DNA of 64,000 nucleotides, taken from contig JBBQVL010000002.1 of NCBI GenBank assembly GCA_038211615.1, forward strand, positions 1,289 through 65,288. Direction: 5' to 3'. The notes below the pieces were generated by a model, which did not search any database, had not been told where the DNA came from, and saw nothing but the letters and a program-made list of their open reading frames with translations. Of the stretch, positions 56,245 to 64,000 are shown one piece after another (within the stretch, counting starts at the first letter, position 1; each line of letters starts with the position of its first letter). This DNA comes from Hyphomicrobiales bacterium (GTDB lineage Bacteria; Pseudomonadota; Alphaproteobacteria; Rhizobiales; Afifellaceae). The position numbers were made by a program, and so were the translations under genes.

Positions 56245-57276
56245 ATGTCGGACGCAACGCGCGCGGTGGCACCGGCGCCGAAGAGATTCGATCTGATCGG
56301 CTTCCTGGCCCGCTTCGCCCCGCTGATCTTCCTGATCGTGCTGATGGCGGGGTTCGCCATCGCCGAGCCCCGCTTCCTCTCGCCACTCAATCTTTTCAAC
56401 GTGCTCAGGCAGGTCTCGATCTACGGCCTGCTCGCCGTCGGCATGACCTTCGTCATCCTGACCGCCGGCATCGACCTGTCGATCGGATCGCTCGTCGCGT
56501 TCTGCGGGCTCGTCGCGGCGGCGGTGGCGAAGGGCGGCATCTCAAACCGCTTCAATGTCGGCGCCGGCCAGGACGCGCTCGGCTATGGATGGGAGCTTGC
56601 GGCGCTCGCCGCCATCTGCGTCGGTATCCTCGGCGGGTTCCTGCAGGGCTTCGCCATCACACGGCTGAAGGTTCCACCCTTCGTGGTGACGCTCGGCGGC
56701 ATGTCGGCCTTCCGCGGCGCGGCGCTGCTCTTCGCCGCGGGCGGTCCGATCTCCGGCTTTCCGCCGGACTTCGTGTGGTGGGGGCAGGGGCGCATCCTCG
56801 GGCAGGTGCCGGTGCCGGTGATCTGCTTTCTCGCCTTCGCCGTGCTTGCCCACATCGTGCTGCGCTACACGCGTTACGGTCGGCAGGTCTACGCCGTGGG
56901 CGGCAACCCGGAAGCGGCGCGGCTCTCCGGCCTGAACGTCCGCCGCGTCACGCTCAGCGTCTACGTCATCATGGGGTTCTTCGCCGGGCTCGGCTCGTTC
57001 GTGCTGGCGGCGCGGCTGAACTCCGCCGAAGCGGTGGCGGGGACCGGCTACGAGCTGACGGTGATCGCCTCGGTCGTCATTGGCGGCACCAGCCTTTTCG
57101 GCGGCGTCGGCTCGATCTTCGGCACGGTCATCGGCACGATCCTGATCGGCGTGCTCCTGAACGGCCTGGTGCTGCTCGACGTCTCCTCCTACGTGCAGCA
57201 GATCATCATCGGCGTGATCATCGTGCTCGCGGTGGCGTTCGACACCTTCGCGAAGTCGCGGCGGCGGACGGCGTAA
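56245..57276 (+). CDS. Sugar ABC transporter permease (RbsC type)
   Basis: 343 aa, about 10 TM helices, TAGIDLSIGS motif. Confidence 0.9.
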   Translation: MSDATRAVAPAPKRFDLIGFLARFAPLIFLIVLMAGFAIAEPRFLSPLNLFNVLRQVSIYGLLAVGMTFVILTAGIDLSIGSLVAFCGLVAAAVAKGGISNRFNVGAGQDALGYGWELAALAAICVGILGGFLQGFAITRLKVPPFVVTLGGMSAFRGAALLFAAGGPISGFPPDFVWWGQGRILGQVPVPVICFLAFAVLAHIVLRYTRYGRQVYAVGGNPEAARLSGLNVRRVTLSVYVIMGFFAGLGSFVLAARLNSAEAVAGTGYELTVIASVVIGGTSLFGGVGSIFGTVIGTILIGVLLNGLVLLDVSSYVQQIIIGVIIVLAVAFDTFAKSRRRTA

Positions 57277-57361
57277 CCTTTACGAAGACCTGGCCGGCGC
57301 GCGATTTGCGCATCGGCGCGACTCTCGCCATATCTCAGCGGGGCATTGGGAGGTTCGCGCC

Positions 57362-58384
57362 ATGGGCGGCTTCGATATCGTCGTTGTCGTGCTCGTCGTG
57401 TTCGCCGTGATCGTCATATTCTCGGCGGTAAAGACCGTGCCGCAGGGCTACAATTATACGGTCGCCCGCTTCGGCCGTTACACCAAGACGCTGAAACCCG
57501 GACTCAGCATGATCGTCCCGTTTGTCGACCGCATCGGCGCGAAGATGAACATGATGGAGACGGTGCTGGAGGTGCCGAGCCAGGAGGTCATCACCAAGGA
57601 CAACGCCACGGTGACGGCGAACGGCATCACCTTCTTCCAGGTGATGGACGCGGCGCGCGCGGCCTATGAGGTGAACCGGCTGGAGAACGCCATCCTGAAC
57701 CTCACCATGACCAACATCCGCTCGGTCATGGGCTCCATGGTGCTCGACGAGCTTCTCTCCAACCGCGACGAGATCAACGCCAAGCTGCTGCGCGTCGTCG
57801 ACGCCGCCTCCGAGCCGTGGGGCGTCAAGATTACCCGCATCGAGATCAAGGACATCGACCCGCCGAAGAATCTGATCGAATCGATGGCGCGGCAGATGAT
57901 GGCCGAACGCGAGAAGCGCGCCGCGATCCTCGAGGCGGAGGGCAAGCGGCAGTCGGAGATTCTGAAGGCCGAAGGCCAGAAGCAGGCCCGCATCCTGGAA
58001 GCCGAGGGACGCAAGGAGGCGGCATTCCGCGACGCCGATGCACGCGAGCGCCTCGCCGAGGCGGAAGCCAAGGCGACGACGCTGGTCAGCGAGGCGATCG
58101 CCGCCGGCGACGTGCAGGCGATCAACTATTTCGTGGCGCAGAAATACGTCGAGGCGCTCTCCGCCTTCGCGCATTCGCCGAACCAGAAGACGTTCCTGAT
58201 GCCGATTGAGACATCCGGGATCCTCGGCGCGCTCGGCGGCATCGCCGAGATCGCGCGGCAGACGTTCGGCGGCGATCCGCCGGCCAGCCCGGCGCGGCGG
58301 GCGGGCTCCGTGCCGTCCTCCGGCACGCCGTCCGCCAATCCGACGGTGGTCACCGTGCCTCCGCCCGGAGATTTTCTCCGATGA
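57362..58384 (+). CDS. SPFH/band-7 (stomatin-like) protein
   Basis: N-terminal anchor, SPFH core (TKDN..V), then a coiled Ala/Glu-rich region. Confidence 0.9.
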   Translation: MGGFDIVVVVLVVFAVIVIFSAVKTVPQGYNYTVARFGRYTKTLKPGLSMIVPFVDRIGAKMNMMETVLEVPSQEVITKDNATVTANGITFFQVMDAARAAYEVNRLENAILNLTMTNIRSVMGSMVLDELLSNRDEINAKLLRVVDAASEPWGVKITRIEIKDIDPPKNLIESMARQMMAEREKRAAILEAEGKRQSEILKAEGQKQARILEAEGRKEAAFRDADARERLAEAEAKATTLVSEAIAAGDVQAINYFVAQKYVEALSAFAHSPNQKTFLMPIETSGILGALGGIAEIARQTFGGDPPASPARRAGSVPSSGTPSANPTVVTVPPPGDFLR

Positions 58385-58827
58385 TCGTCGACCTCATCGC
58401 GAGGCTCGGCGGCTGGTCCTGGTGGGTGCTGGGGCTCGTGCTGCTCGGAGCCGAGGTCCTGCTGCCGGGGTTCTTCTTCCTCTGGTTCGGGGTCGCCGCG
58501 ATCCTGATCGGCATCAGCGCGCTGCTCGTCGATTGGCCGTGGCAGCTGCAGGTGGTCGGCTTCGTGGTGCTGTCGCTGGTGGCGGCGCTCATCGCGCGCC
58601 GCTTCATCGGCACGAAGGGCGGCAACACCGCCGACCCGCATCTCAACGCCCGCTCGGGGCGCTTTGTCGGACAGACCTACATCCTCGCCGAGCCGATCGT
58701 GGAAGGGCGCGGCCGGCTTGAGATCAACGATGGCGTCTGGCAGGTGCGCGGCCCGGACGCGCCGGCCGGCGCGCGGGTGAAGGTCACCGGCGCCGAAGGC
58801 ACGGTGCTGATGGTGACGAGCGCGTGA
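58381..58827 (+). CDS. NfeD-family membrane protein
   Basis: Overlaps the SPFH gene stop. TM helices plus a C-terminal OB-like domain (GRLEINDGVWQVRG). Confidence 0.85.
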   Translation: MIVDLIARLGGWSWWVLGLVLLGAEVLLPGFFFLWFGVAAILIGISALLVDWPWQLQVVGFVVLSLVAALIARRFIGTKGGNTADPHLNARSGRFVGQTYILAEPIVEGRGRLEINDGVWQVRGPDAPAGARVKVTGAEGTVLMVTSA

Positions 58828-58851
58828 GAGCAGCCTCACCTTCCTCTCAGG

Positions 58852-58994
58852 TTGTCATCCCGGTTCGGCCGAAGGCCGAGACCGGGACCCATAGACGCCA
58901 CGGGGAGCAGAAGGCGCGCAGGGTGGTGCGGTGTCTCCTTCGCCGGTGGCTATGGGTCCCGGTCTTGCCGCTTCGCGTCAAACCGGGATGACAA
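58852..58994. repeat. Structured intergenic repeat related to family B (~140 bp composite palindrome)
   Basis: Arms GTCATCCCGGTTCGGCCGAAGGCCGAGACCGGGACCCATAG and CTATGGGTCCCGGTCTTGCCGCTTCGCGTCAAACCGGGATGAC. Confidence 0.8.
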
Positions 58995-59017
58995 ACGCAA
59001 AAGTCGCCGGCGAAGCG

Positions 59018-60013
59018 TCAGGCCACACCGATCCGCAGCAGATCGTGCATGTGCACGATGCCGACGGGCCTCTCGTCCTCCACCACCAGCAGTGCGGTGA
59101 TGGCGGAGGCGTTCAGCGTCTCCAGCGCCGAGGCGACCAGCGCGTCGGGGTCGATGGTTTTTGGATCGTGCGTCATCACCTCGTCGACCGGACGCTCCAG
59201 GATATCGCCCGACAGGTGACGGCGAAGATCGCCGTCGGTCAGGATGCCGACCAGCCGACCCGCCTTGTCGGTGATGCCGAGACAGCCAAAACCCTTGTTG
59301 GAGATAAGAAGCAGCGCGTCGCGCATCAGCGTGCCGAGCGGCGCGAGCGGCAGCCGCTCGCCCGAATGCATCACGTCGCGCACATGCAGCAGGTTCGCCC
59401 CGAGCGAGCCGCCGGGATGGAATTTCAGGAAATCGTCGGCCGTGAAGCCGCGCGCCTCGAGCAGCGCGATCGAGAGCGCGTCGCCGAGCGCGAGCTGGAT
59501 CAGCGTGGAGGTGGTCGGCGCGAGGCCATGCGGGCAGGCCTCCTCGACCCGCGGCAGCTCCAGCACCAGGTCGGCGGAGCGGCCAAGCGTGGAATCGGCG
59601 CGCGATGTGACCGCGATGAAGGGCACGCGGAAGCGGCGCGAATAGACGACGATGTTGCGAAGCTCGGCCGTCTCCCCCGACCAGGAGAGCGCCAGCACCA
59701 CATCGTCCTTGGTGATCATGCCAAGGTCGCCGTGGCTCGCCTCGGCCGGATGCACGAAGAAGGCCGGTGTGCCGGTGGAGGCGAGCGTCGCCGCAACCTT
59801 CGCGCCGATATGGCCGCTCTTGCCCATGCCTGTGACGATGACGCGGCCCGCGGCGTTGACGATCAGCTCGAGCGCCGCCTCGAACGGCTGGCGCATCTCG
59901 CCTTCGAGCGCCTGCTGCAGCGCGCAAAGCCCCGCCACCTCGACCTGCAGAGTACGCGCCGCCGGGCTCGGGGAGGCTGCGCGGCGCGGATGCACGAGGG
60001 AATGGGGGGCCAT
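59018..60013 (-). CDS. kpsF: Arabinose-5-phosphate isomerase (KpsF/GutQ: SIS plus 2 CBS domains)
   Basis: GMGKSGHIG SIS motif and CBS pair at the C-terminus. Alternative start at 60040. Confidence 0.9.
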   Translation of the reverse strand: MAPHSLVHPRRAASPSPAARTLQVEVAGLCALQQALEGEMRQPFEAALELIVNAAGRVIVTGMGKSGHIGAKVAATLASTGTPAFFVHPAEASHGDLGMITKDDVVLALSWSGETAELRNIVVYSRRFRVPFIAVTSRADSTLGRSADLVLELPRVEEACPHGLAPTTSTLIQLALGDALSIALLEARGFTADDFLKFHPGGSLGANLLHVRDVMHSGERLPLAPLGTLMRDALLLISNKGFGCLGITDKAGRLVGILTDGDLRRHLSGDILERPVDEVMTHDPKTIDPDALVASALETLNASAITALLVVEDERPVGIVHMHDLLRIGVA

Positions 60014-60319
60014 GGATCGTCCTTTTGCGCTTTGTACCACGCCGCGCGGCTGGCGGCGAGGCTCCCGGAAAATCTTGTTAACCTCTTTCCATCACGCGAT
60101 CTCCGCGAAATTAAGGAGAAGCCGCGGTGGGCGGCAAGCCCCCGGGATTCTTCGACCGCGTAAAGCAATCGTTGGGGATGTCTCCCCATCGATAATTAAA
60201 ATCCTCATGAAACAAGTGACCCCGTCTTCGGACACGAGAGGCGCGCATCCGCGCGGGTGCGTGGAGACTTCGCCGGCCATGATGCGGCGAAGGGCTCGCG
60301 AAGCGAGGGAGTTCACAGC

Positions 60320-60526
60320 ATGAAGAGCCCGCGGCCGCAGGCGGCCAACGACGAGACGACATTCGAGCTGAAGGCGAGCGCCGACTCGTCCGGCATGGCG
60401 AAGCTCCGCATCAACTGCATGGTCAGCATCCCGACCGGCATCCGCATCCTCGCAATGATCGACGCGGAAGGCACGGCGGCGGAGGCTGCACAGCAGGGCA
60501 AGAAGATGGCGGAAGCGGAGGCCTGA
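60320..60526 (+). CDS. Hypothetical small protein (68 aa)
   Basis: GC3 is high. GAGGGA lies upstream of the ATG at 60320. No family recognised. Confidence 0.4.
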   Translation: MKSPRPQAANDETTFELKASADSSGMAKLRINCMVSIPTGIRILAMIDAEGTAAEAAQQGKKMAEAEA

Positions 60527-60769
60527 GCCGAGCCGGCATTTCGAGGCAGCCTCGCTCAGGCTGGTGACAAAAGTAGCAAGAGATGCCCCGTGGGGGCGCC
60601 TCTCCGGACGCCGCATGCAACCGCGTCCCGTCTCCAATATCCCTGCTGTTTGTGGGATGCGCGCCAGGGCCTGCACCCGCCCTGGTGGTCCTTAAGATTC
60701 GAAGGATTAGTCGGCTCAAAACTTAAGGTGGCAGGCGCGTGGTCTCCAGGAAAGTCTGCGAGAGTTCCA

Positions 60770-62449
60770 ATGCCCGCGTCCCCCAATGCCATCAGAGCTG
60801 AAGAGCACAAGGTGGCAAGCTTTGCGAACATGCAGGCGGTCATCGATGCGATACCCAACCCGACCTTTGTAAAGGACCGTTCGCACCGTCTGGTCCTGAT
60901 CAATGCCAGCGCCTGCTCTCTATTTGGCCATTCGCGCGAGACGATGCTCAGTCGGAGCCATGTCGACCTCTTCCCGGAAGACCAGATGCGCGGGTTTCAT
61001 GCGGCCGACGACCTTGCGTTCGAGACCGGCAGGGAGGACGAAAACGAGGAGGAGGTCACCGACAGTACGGGGCGCGTGAGGCACGTTATCACGCGCAAGC
61101 GTATCGCCTTGATTGATGGCTCCGAACATCTGGTCGCATCGGTCAATGACATCACTGCCGCGCGCGAGGCTGAGGCGCGCAGCCGCTATCTCGCCTTCCA
61201 CGACACGCTGACGGGTCTGCCGAACCGCGCCATGCTGCAGGAGCGCATCGAGCAGGGGCTCAGCCGAAAGACGCACTCAGGCGCACTGCTCTATATTGAT
61301 CTCGACCACTTCAAGGAAGTGAACGACACTTATGGCCACCCCGTCGGGGACGAACTCATCCAGGAATTCGCCAGTCGTCTTTCCGAGATCGTTCGTGCCG
61401 CCGATACGGTCGCCCGGCTGGGCGGAGACGAGTTTGCGGTCTTCCTGTCGGATACCAGTCACGATCCCGACGCTGACGATGTCTGCCGGCGAACGCTGAT
61501 CGCGGCTGCGCGTGCGTTCAAGCTCACCGGGGCGCAGGTGTTCGTCGGGGCTTCGATCGGAGTGGTGCTGACCGCGGGCATCCCGATCATACCGAGCGAG
61601 CTGCAACGTCGCGCCGATGTTGCCCTCTATCAGGCCAAGAACGATGGACGCGGCTGCTTCCGCATCTTCACCGAGGCGCTGGACGACCGCGCAAAGCATC
61701 GTCAGGCCATTCAGGCGGATCTGCGCGATGCGCTCGCAACGGGGAGTGGGCTGGAAGTCCATTATCAACCGATGATGGACATTTCATCGGGCGAGATAGA
61801 GGGATTTGAGGCACTGCTGCGCTGGCAACATCCAACGCGCGGCCGGGTGATGCCGGACGAGTTCATCTCCATCGCCGAAAGAAGCGGACAGATCATCGAA
61901 CTTGACGAATGGGTGCTGACCACTGCCTGCATCGAGGCGGCCGGGTGGGAACGGCAGCTCCGCCTCTCCGTCAACATCTCTCCGATCGAGTTTGCCTACG
62001 GCGATCTCCCCTCGATGCTGGAGCGGGCTCTCCTCAAGAGCGGTCTTGATCCGGCGCGCCTGGAGCTGGAGATCACGGAAGGGGTCTTGATCGAGGACCC
62101 TGCACAGGCTCTCGATACGTTCAAACGGATCAAGGCGCTCGGCGTGCAGATTGCCCTCGATGACTTCGGCGTTGGCTACTCGAGCCTCGGATACTTTCGG
62201 CAATTCCCCTTCGACAAAGTGAAGATCGATCGATCGTTTATTTCCGAGATGCTCGACAGCAGCCGGGCCCGGTGCATCGTTCAGGCTGCGATTTCTCTGG
62301 CGCTCGGTCTGAAGATCAAGGTCGTGGCGGAAGGGGTGGAGACAGAGCAACAGTTCGCCCTTCTGGCAGAACAAGGTTGCACACAGGCTCAAGGATATCT
62401 GATCGGGAGGCCGATGCAGGTTCCCCAGTTCCAGCCACGCGTTGCGTGA
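60770..62449 (+). CDS. PAS-GGDEF-EAL c-di-GMP turnover protein
   Basis: PAS-like N-terminus, GGDEF motif RLGGDEFA, EAL domain (FEALLRW, DDFGVGYSSL, KIDRSF). Start taken at ATG 60770. Confidence 0.85.
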   Translation: MPASPNAIRAEEHKVASFANMQAVIDAIPNPTFVKDRSHRLVLINASACSLFGHSRETMLSRSHVDLFPEDQMRGFHAADDLAFETGREDENEEEVTDSTGRVRHVITRKRIALIDGSEHLVASVNDITAAREAEARSRYLAFHDTLTGLPNRAMLQERIEQGLSRKTHSGALLYIDLDHFKEVNDTYGHPVGDELIQEFASRLSEIVRAADTVARLGGDEFAVFLSDTSHDPDADDVCRRTLIAAARAFKLTGAQVFVGASIGVVLTAGIPIIPSELQRRADVALYQAKNDGRGCFRIFTEALDDRAKHRQAIQADLRDALATGSGLEVHYQPMMDISSGEIEGFEALLRWQHPTRGRVMPDEFISIAERSGQIIELDEWVLTTACIEAAGWERQLRLSVNISPIEFAYGDLPSMLERALLKSGLDPARLELEITEGVLIEDPAQALDTFKRIKALGVQIALDDFGVGYSSLGYFRQFPFDKVKIDRSFISEMLDSSRARCIVQAAISLALGLKIKVVAEGVETEQQFALLAEQGCTQAQGYLIGRPMQVPQFQPRVA

Positions 62450-62530
62450 CGGGCCGGCGTCCCCTGGGGCAAGGTTGGATCACCGGGAGCGATCCTTCGC
62501 CCGCACTGTCTTCACTTTCGGGAACAGCAT

Positions 62531-62618
62531 CCGACCCGCGAACTGCGACTGACCTTTCGCCTTGACAGCGCCGGCTTCGCGGCAGGCGTCCGGAAACGTC
62601 TTGTTAACCCGCCCGCTT
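62531..62618. repeat. Duplicated ~85-bp upstream module, copy 1
   Basis: CCGACCCGCGAACTGCGACTGACCTTTCGCCTTGA ... CCGGAAACGTCTTGTTAACC aligns with 63381-63462. Confidence 0.75.
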
Positions 62619-62820
62619 TTCGCGGAAACGCTGGGGTTTGAGGTGTCAATTTGCTCGGGACAACGCCGGGACAACGGAATTCGATCACCGGGCGTTCGCG
62701 GTTCGGTCGGGGTTTCGGGCGCAAGTACATCAAAGGCGTGGCCGATAATGACTCCACCAGCAGTTTGAGCTAGATTTTAGTTGCACTCACGCGAGTTCCA
62801 ACAAACTAAGGGGGGGAGAA

Positions 62821-63303
62821 ATGGTAAAGGGGATAATTCTTGCAGCGTTGCTATCAGCCGGGGCGACGACCGCTTCGGCGGAAGTCGTTTTTATCGGGAC
62901 GATCAAGATTACCGCCGTCACTGCTCAATGCCAGAACGTTCACGTCAATGACGTCAACCCGTCGACCTTTCATCCGAAAATTGTCGGGAATGGCAACTTC
63001 TCAGGTCTGTCGTGGGTAGGGACCTACTCAGCGAGGGGTCATGTGCTGGATAACGTCGCCTTTGATGCAACGTTCAGAACCGTCAAAACAGGCGGTGTCG
63101 GTTGGGGCGACCCTTATACTGCAGCACAGGCGACATGGGCACAGATCGCTGTTACCTCTTATTCGCCGGCGCTTGGCAGCATCAACACTTCGACGCCGAC
63201 CCTGATACTGCGCGGCCAGATCAAACGGCTGTTCAATGATCCGGGCGGCTTGGCCTGCGTCGCGACTTTCATCGGGACCTACGTGAAGGACAGCAATCAA
63301 TAG
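62821..63303 (+). CDS. Secreted hypothetical protein (160 aa), lower G+C
   Basis: Strong Shine-Dalgarno sequence (AAGGGGGGGAG). Signal peptide ending ASA-EV. Two Cys. No family recognised. Confidence 0.65.
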   Translation: MVKGIILAALLSAGATTASAEVVFIGTIKITAVTAQCQNVHVNDVNPSTFHPKIVGNGNFSGLSWVGTYSARGHVLDNVAFDATFRTVKTGGVGWGDPYTAAQATWAQIAVTSYSPALGSINTSTPTLILRGQIKRLFNDPGGLACVATFIGTYVKDSNQ

Positions 63304-63337
63304 TACGTGCGCTAAGCCATCGCATCCAAAGTCGGAG

Positions 63338-63362
63338 GGCCGCCTTGGGGCGGCCTTCTTGC
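63338..63362 (+). terminator. Rho-independent terminator
   Basis: GGCCGCC-ttgg-GGCGGCC followed by TTCTTGCTCT. Confidence 0.65.
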
Positions 63363-63380
63363 TCTCAGACCAAACAGCCT

Positions 63381-63462
63381 CCGCCCGGCGAACTGCGACT
63401 GGCCCTTCGCCTCGATCGGCTCCCACCCGCCCCCGGAAAACCCTTTGTTAACCATGCGGCTT
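63381..63462. repeat. Duplicated ~85-bp upstream module, copy 2 (contains TTAACCAT)
   Basis: CCGCCCGGCGAACTGCGACTGGCCCTTCGCCTCGA ... CCGGAAAACCCTTTGTTAACCAT. About 30 of the first 35 positions match copy 1 by hand alignment. Confidence 0.75.
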
Positions 63463-63517
63463 TACTTCTCGTTAAAGCGGGCCGCGCCGCGGGCCGGGTC
63501 CGCGGAGCCGCGCCCGG

Positions 63518-64000
63518 ATGCATTTTTCTCGCTTTTCAGCCGTCGCAATAGCGATCCTCGCTCCCGCACTGGTGGCCTCGCCGACCGGGGCGGTGGCGCA
63601 GGATGCCGAGACGGCGGGGCCGAAGACCCTGGATGAGCTCGTCGATTTCATCATCCGCCCGACGCAGCCGATCGACGACGAGGAAGACATCTGGAACTGG
63701 GACAAGGAGCCCGAGCCTTCGGCGCTCGAAAGCCCGCTCGGTCCGCCGCTCGCGGGTCCGACCGCGACCGATCCGATCGGCCCGCCGCTCGCCGGGCCCA
63801 TCCCCGAGCCGATCGACCACAGCAGGCTCAGGCCGCGCCGGGCTTTCGAGCGCGAGCCGTTCGCGGCGACCGGCATCCCGGTCGGACGCTTCGTGGTCCG
63901 CCCTGCGATCGAGATCGGCGGCACGGCTTCCGACAATCCCGGCGGCTCGACCGACAAGGTCGGGGCCGTCGGATTCATCTTCGCGCCGGAGATCGCGGTC
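63518..64000 (+). CDS. Secreted protein, probably an outer-membrane beta-barrel (BBP2-like); 3' end outside window
   Basis: Not in the ORF track because no stop falls in the window. Translation MHFSRFSAVAIAILAPALVASPTGAVAQ has a signal peptide; a later part (EREPFAATGIPVGRFVVRPAIEIGGTASDNP) resembles the start of such barrels. Confidence 0.55.
   Translation, partial: MHFSRFSAVAIAILAPALVASPTGAVAQDAETAGPKTLDELVDFIIRPTQPIDDEEDIWNWDKEPEPSALESPLGPPLAGPTATDPIGPPLAGPIPEPIDHSRLRPRRAFEREPFAATGIPVGRFVVRPAIEIGGTASDNPGGSTDKVGAVGFIFAPEIAV

Noticed and set aside
60127-60195. 22-aa upstream ORF with a strong AAGGAG Shine-Dalgarno sequence (GTG start)
   Set aside because: It is too short to judge from sequence alone and there is no supporting conservation information. 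Noted only as a possibility.
62590-62625. Reading the GGAAA...TTGTTAACC motif as an EcfG-type (GGAAC-N16-17-CGTT) or sigma-70 promoter
   Set aside because: The spacing and -10 elements do not fit in any of the three copies.

Overview
A high-G+C (about two thirds G+C by hand count) chromosomal segment that looks alphaproteobacterial, probably Rhizobiales-like. Gene content supports this: cpdR-like regulator, TIGR02302/DUF4175 protein next to lysA-argH, etfBA-hbd, minCDE, CtrA-type and alpha-type LexA boxes, and GC-rich hairpin repeat families. All family assignments rest on motifs I recognise in the supplied translations; no database search was run.

Most of the window is core metabolism and cell biology:
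- Cell division and lipid/nucleotide genes: ftsEX, plsC, hpt, minCDE.
- Amino acid, redox and cofactor genes: lysA, argH, tlpA, etfAB, hbd, pduO-type adenosyltransferase, gluQ, hemH, kpsF.
- Transport: tctCBA, a ribose-type ABC system, a TRAP system, and an SbmA/YddA-like ABC protein.
- Also an SPFH-NfeD pair, two c-di-GMP enzymes and a fused indolepyruvate:ferredoxin oxidoreductase.

Accessory or unusual parts:
1. A low-G+C two-gene orphan operon (1.0-2.6 kb) beside a degenerate tRNA-like cloverleaf.
2. A cobalt-type nitrile hydratase operon led by a C26/GATase-like hydrolase. It is flanked by a DUF1007-NicO metal-transporter fusion whose His-rich loop carries repeat-derived hairpins, and by a TRAP system.
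3. Two type II toxin-antitoxin modules (parDE; AbrB-type antitoxin with Doc, plus a DUF29 gene), each with a candidate operator.
4. Three families of structured GC-rich intergenic repeats.
5. A 38-bp tandem triplication spanning a stop codon.
6. A duplicated ~85-bp upstream module around a small low-G+C secreted-protein gene. It carries a GGAAA-N-TTGTTAACC motif that occurs three times in 3.5 kb.

Perfect CtrA boxes lie upstream of ftsE and minC, and a pair of alpha-type SOS boxes lies upstream of a small conserved ORF. I saw no rRNA, CRISPR array, transposase or integrase. Many long ORFs in the track are antisense shadows typical of high-G+C DNA and were not called.
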